32,000 nucleotides of DNA from Alkanindiges illinoisensis DSM 15370 (GTDB lineage Bacteria; Pseudomonadota; Gammaproteobacteria; Pseudomonadales; Moraxellaceae): positions 210,001 through 242,000 of the forward strand of contig NZ_JHUX01000004.1 of assembly GCF_000619845.1 (NCBI RefSeq), written 5' to 3'. The translations under genes and the position numbers were made by a program. Numbering within the stretch: position 1 is the stretch's first letter; each line of letters opens with the position of its first letter. Shown piece after piece: positions 1-8,864 of the stretch. Below the pieces are notes generated by a model, which ran no database searches, was not told the DNA's origin, and saw only the letters and a program-made list of their open reading frames with translations.

Positions 1-207
1 AACCAGTTCAGAGTCATAAGCACCCACGCCTGATAGCTCCTTAACAATTGCTGATATCGCTTCAGCGAATGACTGGCTTAAACTTAATGAAATCAGCCAG
101 GGCTTTGGCGATTTAACCTGAGCGATAATGGTATCAGCCCAACCCTGTAACTCTTCCAAAGACCAATATTCAGAATCAACTATTGCATACAGTGCATTTA
201 AATACAT
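1..207 (-). CDS. hypothetical protein, N-terminal part only (gene runs off the window start)
   Basis: Absent from the supplied track because it is open at the window edge. A reverse-strand ATG at 205-207 opens a frame that stays open to base 1 (69 codons, MYLNALYAIVDSEYWSLEELQGWADTIIAQVKSPKPWLISLSLSQSF...). An AT-rich spacer follows at 208-427. No family recognised. Confidence 0.3.
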   Translation of the reverse strand, partial: MYLNALYAIVDSEYWSLEELQGWADTIIAQVKSPKPWLISLSLSQSFAEAISAIVKELSGVGAYDSELV

Positions 208-427
208 ATTTTATCTTCAAGCGGATATAAAAAGAGTTTTAGCAATTCATCAAGGTAAAACTAGATTGTAAGCCAGTAATTTTTAATATTAGCAAAATAT
301 TGAACGTATCCATTGAAAGATATTTTCTGATCTATTCTAAAAACTCTAGGTGGCCGTACTATTTTTTGTTTTTACACATTTTAACCGATACAATTAAGCC
401 TAAAAATTTATAGCAACTTGTTACTCC

Positions 428-1303
428 ATGACCACCACTATCAAAAAATCAAAAATCGCTTTCCTCGGCATGGGACTGATGGGCACGCGCATGGCTAAGC
501 GCCTGCTAGATGCAGGTTTTCAGGTTGCCGTCTGGAACCGGACGCTTGCTGTCTGCGAACCCTTACTACAAGCAGGGGCCAAAGCATTTTCATTTGATCA
601 AGCCAGTACAGCAGACCTCATCATACTGTGCCTAGCCGATGACCACGCGGTTCATAGCGTTGTCCAGCAGTTGCTACCAAACCTGCGCAGTGGACAGGTG
701 ATTATTGATTTTTCCAGCCTGTCTGTTGAAATGACCCAACAACTTGCCAGTCAGGTGGCCAGCAAAAACGTGTTCTGGATTGATGCACCGGTATCGGGTG
801 GCGTGATGGGCGCTGAAACTGGTACGTTGGTTATTTTTGCTGGGGGTGACCAGCAAACGGTGGAAACCATGCAACCTGTATTTGCACCGTTATCGCAACG
901 TGTCACGTATATGGGATTAAATGGCACGGGTCAGGCCACCAAAATTTGTAACCAATTAATTGTCGCAGCCAGCAGCACACTGATTAGTGAAGCAGTTGAG
1001 CTGGCCAGACGCGCTGGTGTGGATACCACCCTGCTGGCGCCTGCACTGGCAGGTGGATTTGCGGACTCCAAACCCTTGCAGATTTTAGCACCGCGCATGG
1101 CAACATATTCATTTACCCCCATACAATGGAAAGTTCAAACGCTTGCCAAAGATTTAAATAATGCAATCAAACTGGCACGTCATCATCAGTTAGACATTCC
1201 GGTAGCAGCGACGGCGTTATCGCGGCTTGAAAAACACCAGCAAGACGGGCATAGTGAAGATGATTTATCCAGTATCATTTTGCTGCATAACCCTTCGTCT
1301 TGA
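428..1303 (+). CDS. NAD(P)-dependent beta-hydroxyacid dehydrogenase (3-hydroxyisobutyrate dehydrogenase / tartronate-semialdehyde reductase / L-threonate dehydrogenase family)
   Basis: 291 aa. It has an N-terminal Rossmann motif (IAFLGMGLMGTRMAKRLLDAGFQVAVWNRT), the DAPVSGG motif and the GxGQxxKxxNQ helix typical of the GarR/GlxR/MmsB family. Substrate cannot be assigned from sequence. Confidence 0.8.
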   Translation: MTTTIKKSKIAFLGMGLMGTRMAKRLLDAGFQVAVWNRTLAVCEPLLQAGAKAFSFDQASTADLIILCLADDHAVHSVVQQLLPNLRSGQVIIDFSSLSVEMTQQLASQVASKNVFWIDAPVSGGVMGAETGTLVIFAGGDQQTVETMQPVFAPLSQRVTYMGLNGTGQATKICNQLIVAASSTLISEAVELARRAGVDTTLLAPALAGGFADSKPLQILAPRMATYSFTPIQWKVQTLAKDLNNAIKLARHHQLDIPVAATALSRLEKHQQDGHSEDDLSSIILLHNPSS

Positions 1304-1390
1304 TTACGGCAGCACTGAGTTTGGTTGCATTGATACTGAACTATTGATTTTTAAAGATTCGTGTACAGGTTCCTGAACAGGTTTTAATCC

Positions 1391-2170
1391 ATGCTGCATT
1401 TTTCTGCCAATTTATCCCTGCTGTTTACCGAAGTGCCCCTCATTGAGCGGTTTGCACTGGCCAAGCAGCACGGGTTTGATGCAGTGGAAATCCAGTTTCC
1501 CTATGAGCTGGCGATTGATGAACTAAACCAGCAATTGCAGCAGCATCAGCAGCAACTGGTGCTCATCAATGTACCCGCAGGTGACCTGATGCTAGGCGGT
1601 GACGGGCTAGCCTGTGTACCGGGCCGTGAGCACGAATTCCGGCAGGCGGTGTTTCAGGCTATTCGTTATGCCACGGCGCTGAATGTGCCTTGTGTGAATA
1701 TTCTGGCTGGTCGCCAGTCGGTACATGCCGATTTGCTGCCCTGCCTAGAAACCATGGCCAAAAACCTGCGTTTTGCCTGCAATGAAATGAGTAAAGTGGG
1801 TATTACACCAGTTTTTGAAATTATTAATGGCATTGATATGCCGCGTTTTTTAATCCAGACCGTGGCGCAGGCACAGGAAATGCTGGAAGCGGTGAACCAC
1901 CCAGCCCTTAAAATCCAGTTTGATTGCTATCATCTGGCCATGATGCATGAACCTATTCTGCAAAGCCTGCAGGAAAATATGTATCACATTGGGCATATCC
2001 AGTTTGCCGATTATCCCAACCGCCACGAACCGGGCACGGGTGAAATCAACTTTAGTGCCATTTTTGAGTTTATCCAGAACTCCAGTTATTTTGGCTATAC
2101 CGGGGCTGAATATCGGCCATCTGGCGTTACTATCGACAGCCTGCACTGGTATAAACCCTTTGTGCAATAA
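1391..2170 (+). CDS. hydroxypyruvate isomerase family protein (Hyi / OtnI-like TIM-barrel isomerase)
   Basis: 259 aa and colinear with E. coli Hyi as I recall it: MLxFSANLSxLF, PAGD, ACxPGRExEFR, IRYAxAL, KIQxDxYH, GHxQxAD, EPGTGEIN. Confidence 0.8.
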   Translation: MLHFSANLSLLFTEVPLIERFALAKQHGFDAVEIQFPYELAIDELNQQLQQHQQQLVLINVPAGDLMLGGDGLACVPGREHEFRQAVFQAIRYATALNVPCVNILAGRQSVHADLLPCLETMAKNLRFACNEMSKVGITPVFEIINGIDMPRFLIQTVAQAQEMLEAVNHPALKIQFDCYHLAMMHEPILQSLQENMYHIGHIQFADYPNRHEPGTGEINFSAIFEFIQNSSYFGYTGAEYRPSGVTIDSLHWYKPFVQ

Positions 2171-2268
2171 TCTATTTAAACGCTTATATTAAAAGAAAAT
2201 TTAAGAAAAATATCCCAACAATTAATACTCAGCAATGATTAATAACGACAGAGAAAGTGAATAACCAT

Positions 2269-2658
2269 ATGGCCCAGATCAAGATTTATGCTTTGGCAAA
2301 CACCATTACCCAACATCGGCAGGCGTTGTCTACAGCAATTCATACTGCACTGGTAAGTGCATTAAACTATCCGGTTGAAAAGAAATTTCAGCGCTTTATT
2401 GCTTTGGCACCCGAAGATTTTATTTTTCCGGCTGACCGCAGCGAGCAATATACTATCCTTGAAATTTCCATGTTTGAAGGCCGCAGTACTGCCAGTAAAA
2501 AAGCATTTATTCAGCAATTGTTTGCCAACATTGAGCAGCAATGCGGGATTGCACCGCAGGATATAGAAATTACCATTACTGAAACGCCACGGCACCACTG
2601 GGGCATTCGCGGGCAATGCGGCGATGAATTAAGCCTGAACTACAAAGTGGATGTATAA
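2269..2658 (+). CDS. tautomerase family protein (Tautomerase_2-like)
   Basis: The track ORF starts at GTG 2257. ATG 2269 gives MAQIKIYAL..., the usual N-terminus of this ~130-aa family. Conserved FQRFIxLxPEDFIxPxDRS...YTIxEIxMFEGRS...PQDIEITxxETPRxHWGIRG. Confidence 0.7.
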   Translation: MAQIKIYALANTITQHRQALSTAIHTALVSALNYPVEKKFQRFIALAPEDFIFPADRSEQYTILEISMFEGRSTASKKAFIQQLFANIEQQCGIAPQDIEITITETPRHHWGIRGQCGDELSLNYKVDV

Positions 2659-2666
2659 CCTGCATA

Positions 2667-2698
2667 GTTGAATCAGCACAGCGCCTGGCTGATTCAAC
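2667..2698. terminator. stem-loop between convergent genes (tautomerase + / FAH -)
   Basis: GTTGAATCAGC (2667-2677) and GCTGATTCAAC (2688-2698) form a perfect 11-bp inverted repeat with a 10-nt loop. There is no clear U-tract on either side. Confidence 0.5.
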
Positions 2699-2723
2699 GA
2701 ACGATCAGTATTAAACCACGCAA

Positions 2724-3383
2724 TTAGGCCACAAAAGTTTGCCACGTTACGCCACCCAGCACCGTATGCAGGGTCATTTTAAGCTGATCGCCGGATGTTA
2801 ATGCTGCCACACCGGCCGGTGTTCCGGTCATTACTACATCACCAGTTTCAAGGGTAAATACCTGACTGATATCCACCAGCAGATCCACCACGCCAAACAG
2901 CATGTCAGCAGTGTTGCCTTGCTGGCGCACCTCATCATTGACGCTCAGCTCAAAGGTGGTTTTGCCAAGGTCACACAGCATATCGGGTGCCAGCCACTGC
3001 CCCAGCACACAGGCACCATCAAATGCCTTGGCACGTTCCCAAGGCTGGCCTTTGGTCTTAAGCTGGTTTTGCAGGTCGCGCAGGGTTAAATCCAAACCTA
3101 ATGTAACACCAGCAATGGCAGCCTGTGCCTGTTCAATAGTTGCATTTTTTAAAGGCTGGCCAATCCGGATAGACAACTCACATTCAAAATGACATTCCCC
3201 CAGCTCCTTGTTCCAGGTAATACCCTGCTCCAGCCCGGTCACACTGCTGGGCGGTTTTAAAAACAGCACTGGCGTTTCCGGCACCTCATTGCCCAATTCA
3301 CGGGCATGTTCGGCATAATTACGCCCAACGCACACAATCTTGCTGGGTCGTTGGGAATTTGACAGGGTATTTAGCGGATTCAT
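2724..3383 (-). CDS. ycgM: fumarylacetoacetate hydrolase family protein (YcgM/FAHD1-like oxaloacetate decarboxylase/acylpyruvase)
   Basis: Colinear with E. coli YcgM as recalled: KIVCVGRNYAEHARELG, PVLFLKP, GLDLTLRDLQ, GQPWERAKAFD, RQQGNTADM, GDVVMTGTPAGV. The start is placed at the internal ATG (3381-3383, MNPLNTLSN...) rather than the track start at 3434. Confidence 0.85.
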   Translation of the reverse strand: MNPLNTLSNSQRPSKIVCVGRNYAEHARELGNEVPETPVLFLKPPSSVTGLEQGITWNKELGECHFECELSIRIGQPLKNATIEQAQAAIAGVTLGLDLTLRDLQNQLKTKGQPWERAKAFDGACVLGQWLAPDMLCDLGKTTFELSVNDEVRQQGNTADMLFGVVDLLVDISQVFTLETGDVVMTGTPAGVAALTSGDQLKMTLHTVLGGVTWQTFVA

Positions 3384-3464
3384 CACAGTGTCCTGCGGCT
3401 TAAAACAGTTTGAGTGTAGTCGGCTATGCGCCATATGAACAGGAAATTGCCAAAAAATTCATAT

Positions 3465-3761
3465 TTAGAAAAACATCAGTGCCAGCATCAAGGCGACCAG
3501 CAACAAAACCAGTATACCCACTGTCATACTATAACGGCTTTTACTGGCCGTAATCCCGGCAGGTGTGGCTGCAACGGACTGTGGATGCTGCTGTTCATAG
3601 GCCTCAATCAATTCCTTGCTGTCTTTCAGGCCAAGGCCGGTTTGCTTGCGCACAATCTTGATGGCTTCAATCTTGCGGCCACGGCTTAGGGCCGCAATGG
3701 CCTGTGCTGGTAATTGTGTGCCATTGTCCGGTTGCTGGTTATCTGGCTGAAGTGTTGTCAT
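3465..3761 (-). CDS. small tail-anchored membrane protein with a ribosomal L7/L12 C-terminal-domain-like motif
   Basis: 98 aa. RGRKIEAIKIVRKQTGLGLKDSKELIEA aligns by eye to E. coli RplL [28 protein letters not shown] with 14 of 28 residues identical. The C-terminal segment MTVGILVLLLVALMLALMFF is a single hydrophobic helix. The start overlaps the upstream gene by 23 nt. Confidence 0.6.
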   Translation of the reverse strand: MTTLQPDNQQPDNGTQLPAQAIAALSRGRKIEAIKIVRKQTGLGLKDSKELIEAYEQQHPQSVAATPAGITASKSRYSMTVGILVLLLVALMLALMFF

Positions 3762-4350
3762 ACGATTTGCTCCCTGAGTGTTTTAATAACATCTGTTCAA
3801 ATACAGCGGTAGTGGTGGTCTGCTCGACACTACGGCGCGGTATCATGCACATCATGCCGGATTCAAACACCAGCACATAACAAAGCTGGCCTTTGCGCAG
3901 GCTACTGACTTCAGACAACGCAAAATTTTGCTTGTCCTGCTTGTCGGCTATGCCATGATACAGCGTGACTTTACCCCCAGATTCATGACCTCCAGATTCA
4001 TTGCTGGTAGTTTTCTGAGTTGAATGTGCATTGCTGGCATAAATATCAATACCCTGCACCACATGCGCAACCTGATGCTTGTGATACTGGCGCTTAAATA
4101 GCCAAGGCATCACACCATATTGCAGGGTTGCCTGTGATAAAAAGAAAAATGCACCCAGAATGACAAAATAACGGCCCTTGTCATCAAATCCTAGCCAAAC
4201 ACCCCATGCAATAATCAAGGCACAGGCCAAAGTCATCACCATGTGTATTTTGCCCTTACGCTGCCGGGTGGCCAAACGAAATCCATCCTGCGCTTCTGGC
4301 AAACTTAGGGTATAGCGCAGGGAAACAAGCGGACTTTCTGCTACAGACAT
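3739..4350 (-). CDS. YcxB-like membrane protein (two predicted TM helices plus a C-terminal soluble domain)
   Basis: 203 aa. It has two adjacent hydrophobic helices (MVMTLACALIIAWGVWLGF, YFVILGAFFFLSQATL) followed by WLFKRQY and a beta-rich C-terminus. This architecture resembles YcxB-family proteins. The family call is tentative and no strong SD is present. Confidence 0.45.
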   Translation of the reverse strand: MSVAESPLVSLRYTLSLPEAQDGFRLATRQRKGKIHMVMTLACALIIAWGVWLGFDDKGRYFVILGAFFFLSQATLQYGVMPWLFKRQYHKHQVAHVVQGIDIYASNAHSTQKTTSNESGGHESGGKVTLYHGIADKQDKQNFALSEVSSLRKGQLCYVLVFESGMMCMIPRRSVEQTTTTAVFEQMLLKHSGSKSYDNTSAR

Positions 4351-4527
4351 AATTTTTTGACCATTTTTAACAACTGCATTTCAAATTCTGCCTCAAGCAT
4401 GGCATAAACTTGGTGGAAGGCACTAATCATTTGATAATAAAACAAATAACCAAACGCATCACAGCAGTATTTTCTACTACTCTACGGCAACAGGCTTAAC
4501 CCAGTCTTAATGCGGTTTAATGCCTCC

Positions 4528-6015
4528 CTAATGCAAAACCACATCATCCACCTTGCTGGTTTTGTGATGTTCACCAAAACGATCAACAATTGTGGCACTG
4601 GCCGCATTAAGGCCAATCACCTCAACCACGCTGCCCTGCTTGCGCAACTTGAACACCACTTTATCCAGTGCTGCTACGGCAGTGACATCCCAGAAGTGCG
4701 CCTGCTGCACATCAATAATAATACGGGGTACGTTTTCACTAAAATCAAAAGACTGGATAAACGCATGGCTTGAGGCAAAAAATACCTGTCCGGTCACGGT
4801 ATAGGTGCGACACTGGGTCGTTTCATCCCATTGACTACTGACCGCCATAAAATGACCAATCTTGTTGGCAAAAAATACCGAGGCCAGCAACACGCCACAA
4901 AACACGCCCAGCGCCAGATTATGGGTTGCCACCACCACAGCGACAGTCACCAGCATGACAATATTGCTGGATAATGGATACTGGCGAATGCGGGTTACTG
5001 ATTGCCAGTTAAAGGTGCTAATGGACACCATGATCATCACCGCCACCAGCGCCGCCATGGGAATCATCCTGATCCAGTCACTGAGAAAGACCACCATGAT
5101 TAACAGCAATAAACCTGCCAGAAAAGTAGATAAGCGCGTGCGCCCACCGGATTTAACATTAATTACCGACTGGCCAATCATGGCACAACCAGCCATGCCA
5201 CCCAGCAGGCCAGTGGCAATATTGGCAACGCCCTGCCCTTTGCATTCACGGTTTTTATCACTCGTGGTATCAGTCATGTCATCCACAATGGTAGCCGTCA
5301 TTAGTGATTCCAGCAGGCCTACCGCGGCCAGCCCCAGCGCATACGGTAAAATAATTTGCAGGGTTTCCAGATTCAACGGCACTTGTGGCCACAAAAATAT
5401 GGGCAATGTATCCGGCAATTCGCCCATGTCACCGACGGTACTGACCTGCCAGCCCATCAGCACTGTAAAGGCAGTAATGGCCAGAATACACACCAGTGGG
5501 GAGGGAATGATACGGCCAATTTTGGGAATGTAGGGAAACAGGTAAATGATGCCCAAGCCTGCAGCAGTTAAGGCATAAACATGCCAAGTAACATGAACCA
5601 GATGCGGCAATTGCGCCATAAAAATCAGGATAGCCAGCGCATTGACAAAGCCCACCACCACCGAGCGCGACACAAAACGCATCAGTGAACCCAGTTTCAG
5701 GAATCCTGCCAGCACCTGAATAGCACCAGTGAGCAAAGTGGCAGCCAGCAGGTATTGCAAGCCATGCTCCTTCACCAGTGTTACCATCAGTAGCGCCATT
5801 GCCCCGGTGGCTGCTGAAATCATCGCAGGGCGGCCACCAAAAAAAGAAATGACCACTGCCATGGAGAACGAGGCATATAAGCCAATTTTGGGATCAACCC
5901 CGGCAATAATGGAAAAAGCAATGGCTTCTGGAATCAGCGCCAGCGCCACCACCATACCGGACAGCACATCAGCACGAATATTGGAAAACCATTGCTGTTG
6001 AACGGAAGCAAACAT
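4528..6015 (-). CDS. SulP family inorganic anion transporter with C-terminal STAS domain
   Basis: It has a polytopic hydrophobic core with SulP hallmarks ([40 protein letters not shown]). The C-terminal STAS-like domain reads [12 protein letters not shown]...[21 protein letters not shown]. The start is placed at ATG 6013-6015 ([10 protein letters not shown]...); the track start at 6069 is a non-ATG upstream extension. Confidence 0.9.
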   Translation of the reverse strand: MFASVQQQWFSNIRADVLSGMVVALALIPEAIAFSIIAGVDPKIGLYASFSMAVVISFFGGRPAMISAATGAMALLMVTLVKEHGLQYLLAATLLTGAIQVLAGFLKLGSLMRFVSRSVVVGFVNALAILIFMAQLPHLVHVTWHVYALTAAGLGIIYLFPYIPKIGRIIPSPLVCILAITAFTVLMGWQVSTVGDMGELPDTLPIFLWPQVPLNLETLQIILPYALGLAAVGLLESLMTATIVDDMTDTTSDKNRECKGQGVANIATGLLGGMAGCAMIGQSVINVKSGGRTRLSTFLAGLLLLIMVVFLSDWIRMIPMAALVAVMIMVSISTFNWQSVTRIRQYPLSSNIVMLVTVAVVVATHNLALGVFCGVLLASVFFANKIGHFMAVSSQWDETTQCRTYTVTGQVFFASSHAFIQSFDFSENVPRIIIDVQQAHFWDVTAVAALDKVVFKLRKQGSVVEVIGLNAASATIVDRFGEHHKTSKVDDVVLH

Positions 6016-6332
6016 ATAAACACTCGGTAAATCTAGCACCTGAATACGCTGTCTAAACGCTGTGACCAATACTCTATAACCGGTATAGGCCAGTGAAGCA
6101 GATTCAGGCTATTAAAAAATAAGGACAAACCAGCAAAAGCCTGCTTCAGGCAGACAGTTAAAACTTTTGGTTTTTAGAATTCAGGGTGGCGTAGGCTGCC
6201 ACAAAGGATGACAACGCATGCGTAACAAAGCAGTCAAACAAATATGAACGGATTTTAGCACAATTCTGCCGTTTTTCTGCACGATATTGCTCTAGAATAA
6301 CAACCTATGGATCACGTTGATTAGGATATCAC

Positions 6333-7682
6333 ATGAGCACGATGATAAAAAAAGCCTCACCAGCGATTGGTTTAGGCATGCTGGTCAGTAGTATGACCTT
6401 TACCTGCACAGCTAGTCAGGCCGCCATTATTAACTGGCAGGACAATGTGCCTTCCGCCACAAAACCATTTGGCGGTAATGCGGCTCAGCTGGCCCGACTG
6501 GTAGACAATGACATCATGGTCTATAGCCATCCGGCCCAGGCATTAACCGTTCCCAGTAAAAAAGGCCTGCTGCGTTATAACAATGCCCGCTTTAGCTCTG
6601 CAGCCATCATTGTGCCTGCCAAGCCAGAACAGGTAAAACAACTCCTGGCCCAGTATTCCGGTTATGCGGGGCTGTTTCCCACCCTAACCAAAGCCACACT
6701 GCTTGAACAATCAGGCAACATCACGCAAATGAAATACCGCATTCATGTGCCTGTGCCCATTCCGGTACTCAGCTTTAATGAAGACGTGGTCATGCAGCAT
6801 CAGGTGAGTGGCAACAGCATTCAAACCCTGATTGTGGATTCCCCCATCCAGTATGGCATGGGCAAGTTTGAATGGTTTCCGGTTGATAGCACCCACACGC
6901 TGGTGACCCTAACCCAGTGGGGTGATCTGGATAAACCCAAAGGCTTTCTGGTGAGCACCATCCTAAAAGCCATTCCCGAAGTCAAACAGGGTATTCCGCA
7001 AAGTGTGGATACGTTTGTACTGGAAACGCTCAAGCGCAAGTTTGCTCCAGATGGCAAGCTGCCAACCCAGGGGCCACGCCAGCTTCCATACAAAAAGCTG
7101 CAACAGGATGAAATCCAGCTGGTACAACAACTGAATGCCCGTTCTGGCAATCCGGTCATGTTCATTCACCGTCCGGTCAATATGCCTTACAGCAACCGCG
7201 CAGAGCCGCTGCAGTTTGTCAGCACCTATGCCACACTACGCGCACCTGCGGCCCGCAGTACGCAGGTATTGGGCTCACCTGCCAATTTTAAAAATATGTT
7301 TAGTCAGGTCAGCAAGGTTGAACTCAAACCCTTAGGCAAACAGATTACCGAAGCTGCAGTAACGGTTAAAGTAGGCCTTGGCGTAATAGCCATTCCATTC
7401 AAGATTAACCTGCGCTATTACAATGAGCCGCAAAACCGGCTGTATTATCAGGCCAACGGTGGCGATATTGAATACATGCAGGGGCAAATGCAGTTTAGCC
7501 CCCTTGCCAATCAGCAAACTTTTTTAAGCATGACCAGTGCTGGCAAGATTGGTGACAATGCCCCGTTTTTATTGAAAATTGGCAAATCACTGCCTTATTC
7601 AGACCTGTTACCCACAGTTGGTGGCGCGCCCGTATTCATTTATAAGGCCAATGAATACCTCAGTAAAAATCAGAGTTCCTAA
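6333..7682 (+). CDS. secreted protein of unknown function, possibly tandem SRPBCC/START-like domains
   Basis: 449 aa with an N-terminal signal peptide (MSTMIKKASPAIGLGMLVSSMTFTCTASQA|A). The two halves each show the hydrophobic strand/helix pattern of polyketide-cyclase/START-like folds (G-KFEWFPV...THTLVT; GQMQFSPL...QTFLSMT). The fold call is pattern-based only. Confidence 0.55.
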   Translation: MSTMIKKASPAIGLGMLVSSMTFTCTASQAAIINWQDNVPSATKPFGGNAAQLARLVDNDIMVYSHPAQALTVPSKKGLLRYNNARFSSAAIIVPAKPEQVKQLLAQYSGYAGLFPTLTKATLLEQSGNITQMKYRIHVPVPIPVLSFNEDVVMQHQVSGNSIQTLIVDSPIQYGMGKFEWFPVDSTHTLVTLTQWGDLDKPKGFLVSTILKAIPEVKQGIPQSVDTFVLETLKRKFAPDGKLPTQGPRQLPYKKLQQDEIQLVQQLNARSGNPVMFIHRPVNMPYSNRAEPLQFVSTYATLRAPAARSTQVLGSPANFKNMFSQVSKVELKPLGKQITEAAVTVKVGLGVIAIPFKINLRYYNEPQNRLYYQANGGDIEYMQGQMQFSPLANQQTFLSMTSAGKIGDNAPFLLKIGKSLPYSDLLPTVGGAPVFIYKANEYLSKNQSS

Positions 7683-7730
7683 TCCTACGCTAAATTCCAT
7701 TCCAATCTAGGTTTGGTGTGCAGTTGCACC

Positions 7731-7767
7731 GGCTAAAACAGTCACTTTTCTGTTTTAGCCTTTTTTT
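7731..7767 (+). terminator. rho-independent terminator after the 6333-7682 gene
   Basis: GGCTAAAACAG (7731-7741), an 8-nt loop, CTGTTTTAGCC (7750-7760), then T7 (7761-7767). Confidence 0.8.
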
Positions 7768-7803
7768 ATACGCAATTTTCAACGCAATCTATTGAATAAA
7801 AAG

Positions 7804-8709
7804 TTAAAGATTGACCACCCGTTTTGGCTGTAACTGTCGCTCGTCATTCACTACGCCTAGCCCTAAAAAACGCTCATGCGCAAATACCAGCGCTTCACCC
7901 ACTGGCATACTGTCAATCATCACTGCCTGTCCACGGCAAAAATAAAAATCCTCGCCATGATCCAACTGCACGCGTGGAAAATCACGAATGGATTCATACA
8001 CGGGCAACAACAAGGCATCGCGCTGCTGCTCGGTCAGGCTTTCCAGATACTCAATAGTCATACTTTCATCCAGTTCAAAATGCCCGGTTTGCGTACGATG
8101 TAGCGTTTTCACGTAGGCACCCGAACCCAGTGCCTTGCCAATGTCTTCAGCTAGGGTACGAATATAGGTGCCCTTGCTACAACGCACTTTCAGGTCTATT
8201 GTATTTTCAGTAAACCCTTGTAATTCCAACTGATAAATCGTCACTGGCCGTGCTGGCCGCTCAATTTCAATACCAGCACGTGCCAGTTCATACAAGGGCC
8301 TGCCATCCTTTTTTAAGGCAGAATACATGGGCGGCACCTGCATAATATTGCCACGCAAACCTGATAATGCCTGCTCAATTAAAGCTTCTGACAAGGCGGG
8401 AATGGCAAACTCCTCAACCACCTCGCCCTCTGCATCGGCTGTAGTGGTGGTTGCACCCAGTTGAATGGTGGTTTGGTAGGTCTTGTCGGCATCCAGCAGG
8501 TAATGCGAAAACTTGGTGGCCTCACCCAGGCAAATTGGCAACAAGCCCGTGGCTAACGGGTCTAGCGCCCCAGTGTGGCCGCCTTTTTCTGCCCTAAAAA
8601 TCCAGCGGACTTTTTGCAAGGCGGCATTGGAGCTAATACCCAGCGGTTTGTTGAGTAAAATAATTCCATTAACGGGTCGGCGCTGGATTTTCTGGCGAGG
8701 CTGATTCAT
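7804..8709 (-). CDS. truB: tRNA pseudouridine(55) synthase TruB
   Basis: [14 protein letters not shown], the catalytic [15 protein letters not shown] motif and PPMYSALK are present. It sits downstream of rbfA as in the E. coli nusA-infB operon. The start is placed at ATG 8707-8709 (MNQPRQK...). Confidence 0.95.
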   Translation of the reverse strand: MNQPRQKIQRRPVNGIILLNKPLGISSNAALQKVRWIFRAEKGGHTGALDPLATGLLPICLGEATKFSHYLLDADKTYQTTIQLGATTTTADAEGEVVEEFAIPALSEALIEQALSGLRGNIMQVPPMYSALKKDGRPLYELARAGIEIERPARPVTIYQLELQGFTENTIDLKVRCSKGTYIRTLAEDIGKALGSGAYVKTLHRTQTGHFELDESMTIEYLESLTEQQRDALLLPVYESIRDFPRVQLDHGEDFYFCRGQAVMIDSMPVGEALVFAHERFLGLGVVNDERQLQPKRVVNL

Positions 8710-8828
8710 GGATAAACAATTTTCAGGCAAAGATCAGCGCGCATTCTAGCAAAGTCAGCGCGTGCTTGCAGGGTTGCTGCCATGCAATTTCCCAGCATCA
8801 AAATTTTTAAATTTTTTTGATTTTTTGC

Positions 8829-8857
8829 CTTGAAAATTTGCCGGAAAAAACTATTTA
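8829..8857 (+). promoter_or_regulatory. candidate sigma32 (heat-shock) promoter of ibpA
   Basis: cCTTGAAA at 8829-8835 matches the sigma32 -35 consensus CCCTTGAA. After a 14-nt spacer, AACTATTTA (8849-8857) is a partial match to the -10 CCCCATNTA (CxATxTA conserved). Confidence 0.45.
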
Positions 8858-8864
8858 TCTCTTA

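Noticed and set aside
3426-3689. 87-aa plus-strand ORF (His/Gln/Cys-rich) opposite the L12-like small gene
   Set aside because: It is low-complexity and has no RBS. The minus-strand frame carries a strong, specific protein motif plus a TM helix, so it is the better explanation of this DNA.
4510-6001. Plus-strand ORFs antisense to the SulP transporter (4510-4773, 4592-4804, 4862-5533, 5356-5571, 5729-6001)
   Set aside because: They are shadow frames of a hydrophobic membrane protein gene, with no start-site context and no recognisable domains.
6016-6332. 317-nt divergent spacer with an imperfect long-range hairpin (TGAAGCAG..GGCT around 6090-6106 pairing with AGCCTGCTTCA around 6138-6148). 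Considered as a riboswitch or sRNA for the SulP transporter
   Set aside because: I recognise no known riboswitch consensus. The pairing needs a 5-nt bulge and an A-rich loop of about 30 nt. The spacer is also needed for two divergent promoters. The evidence is insufficient to call.
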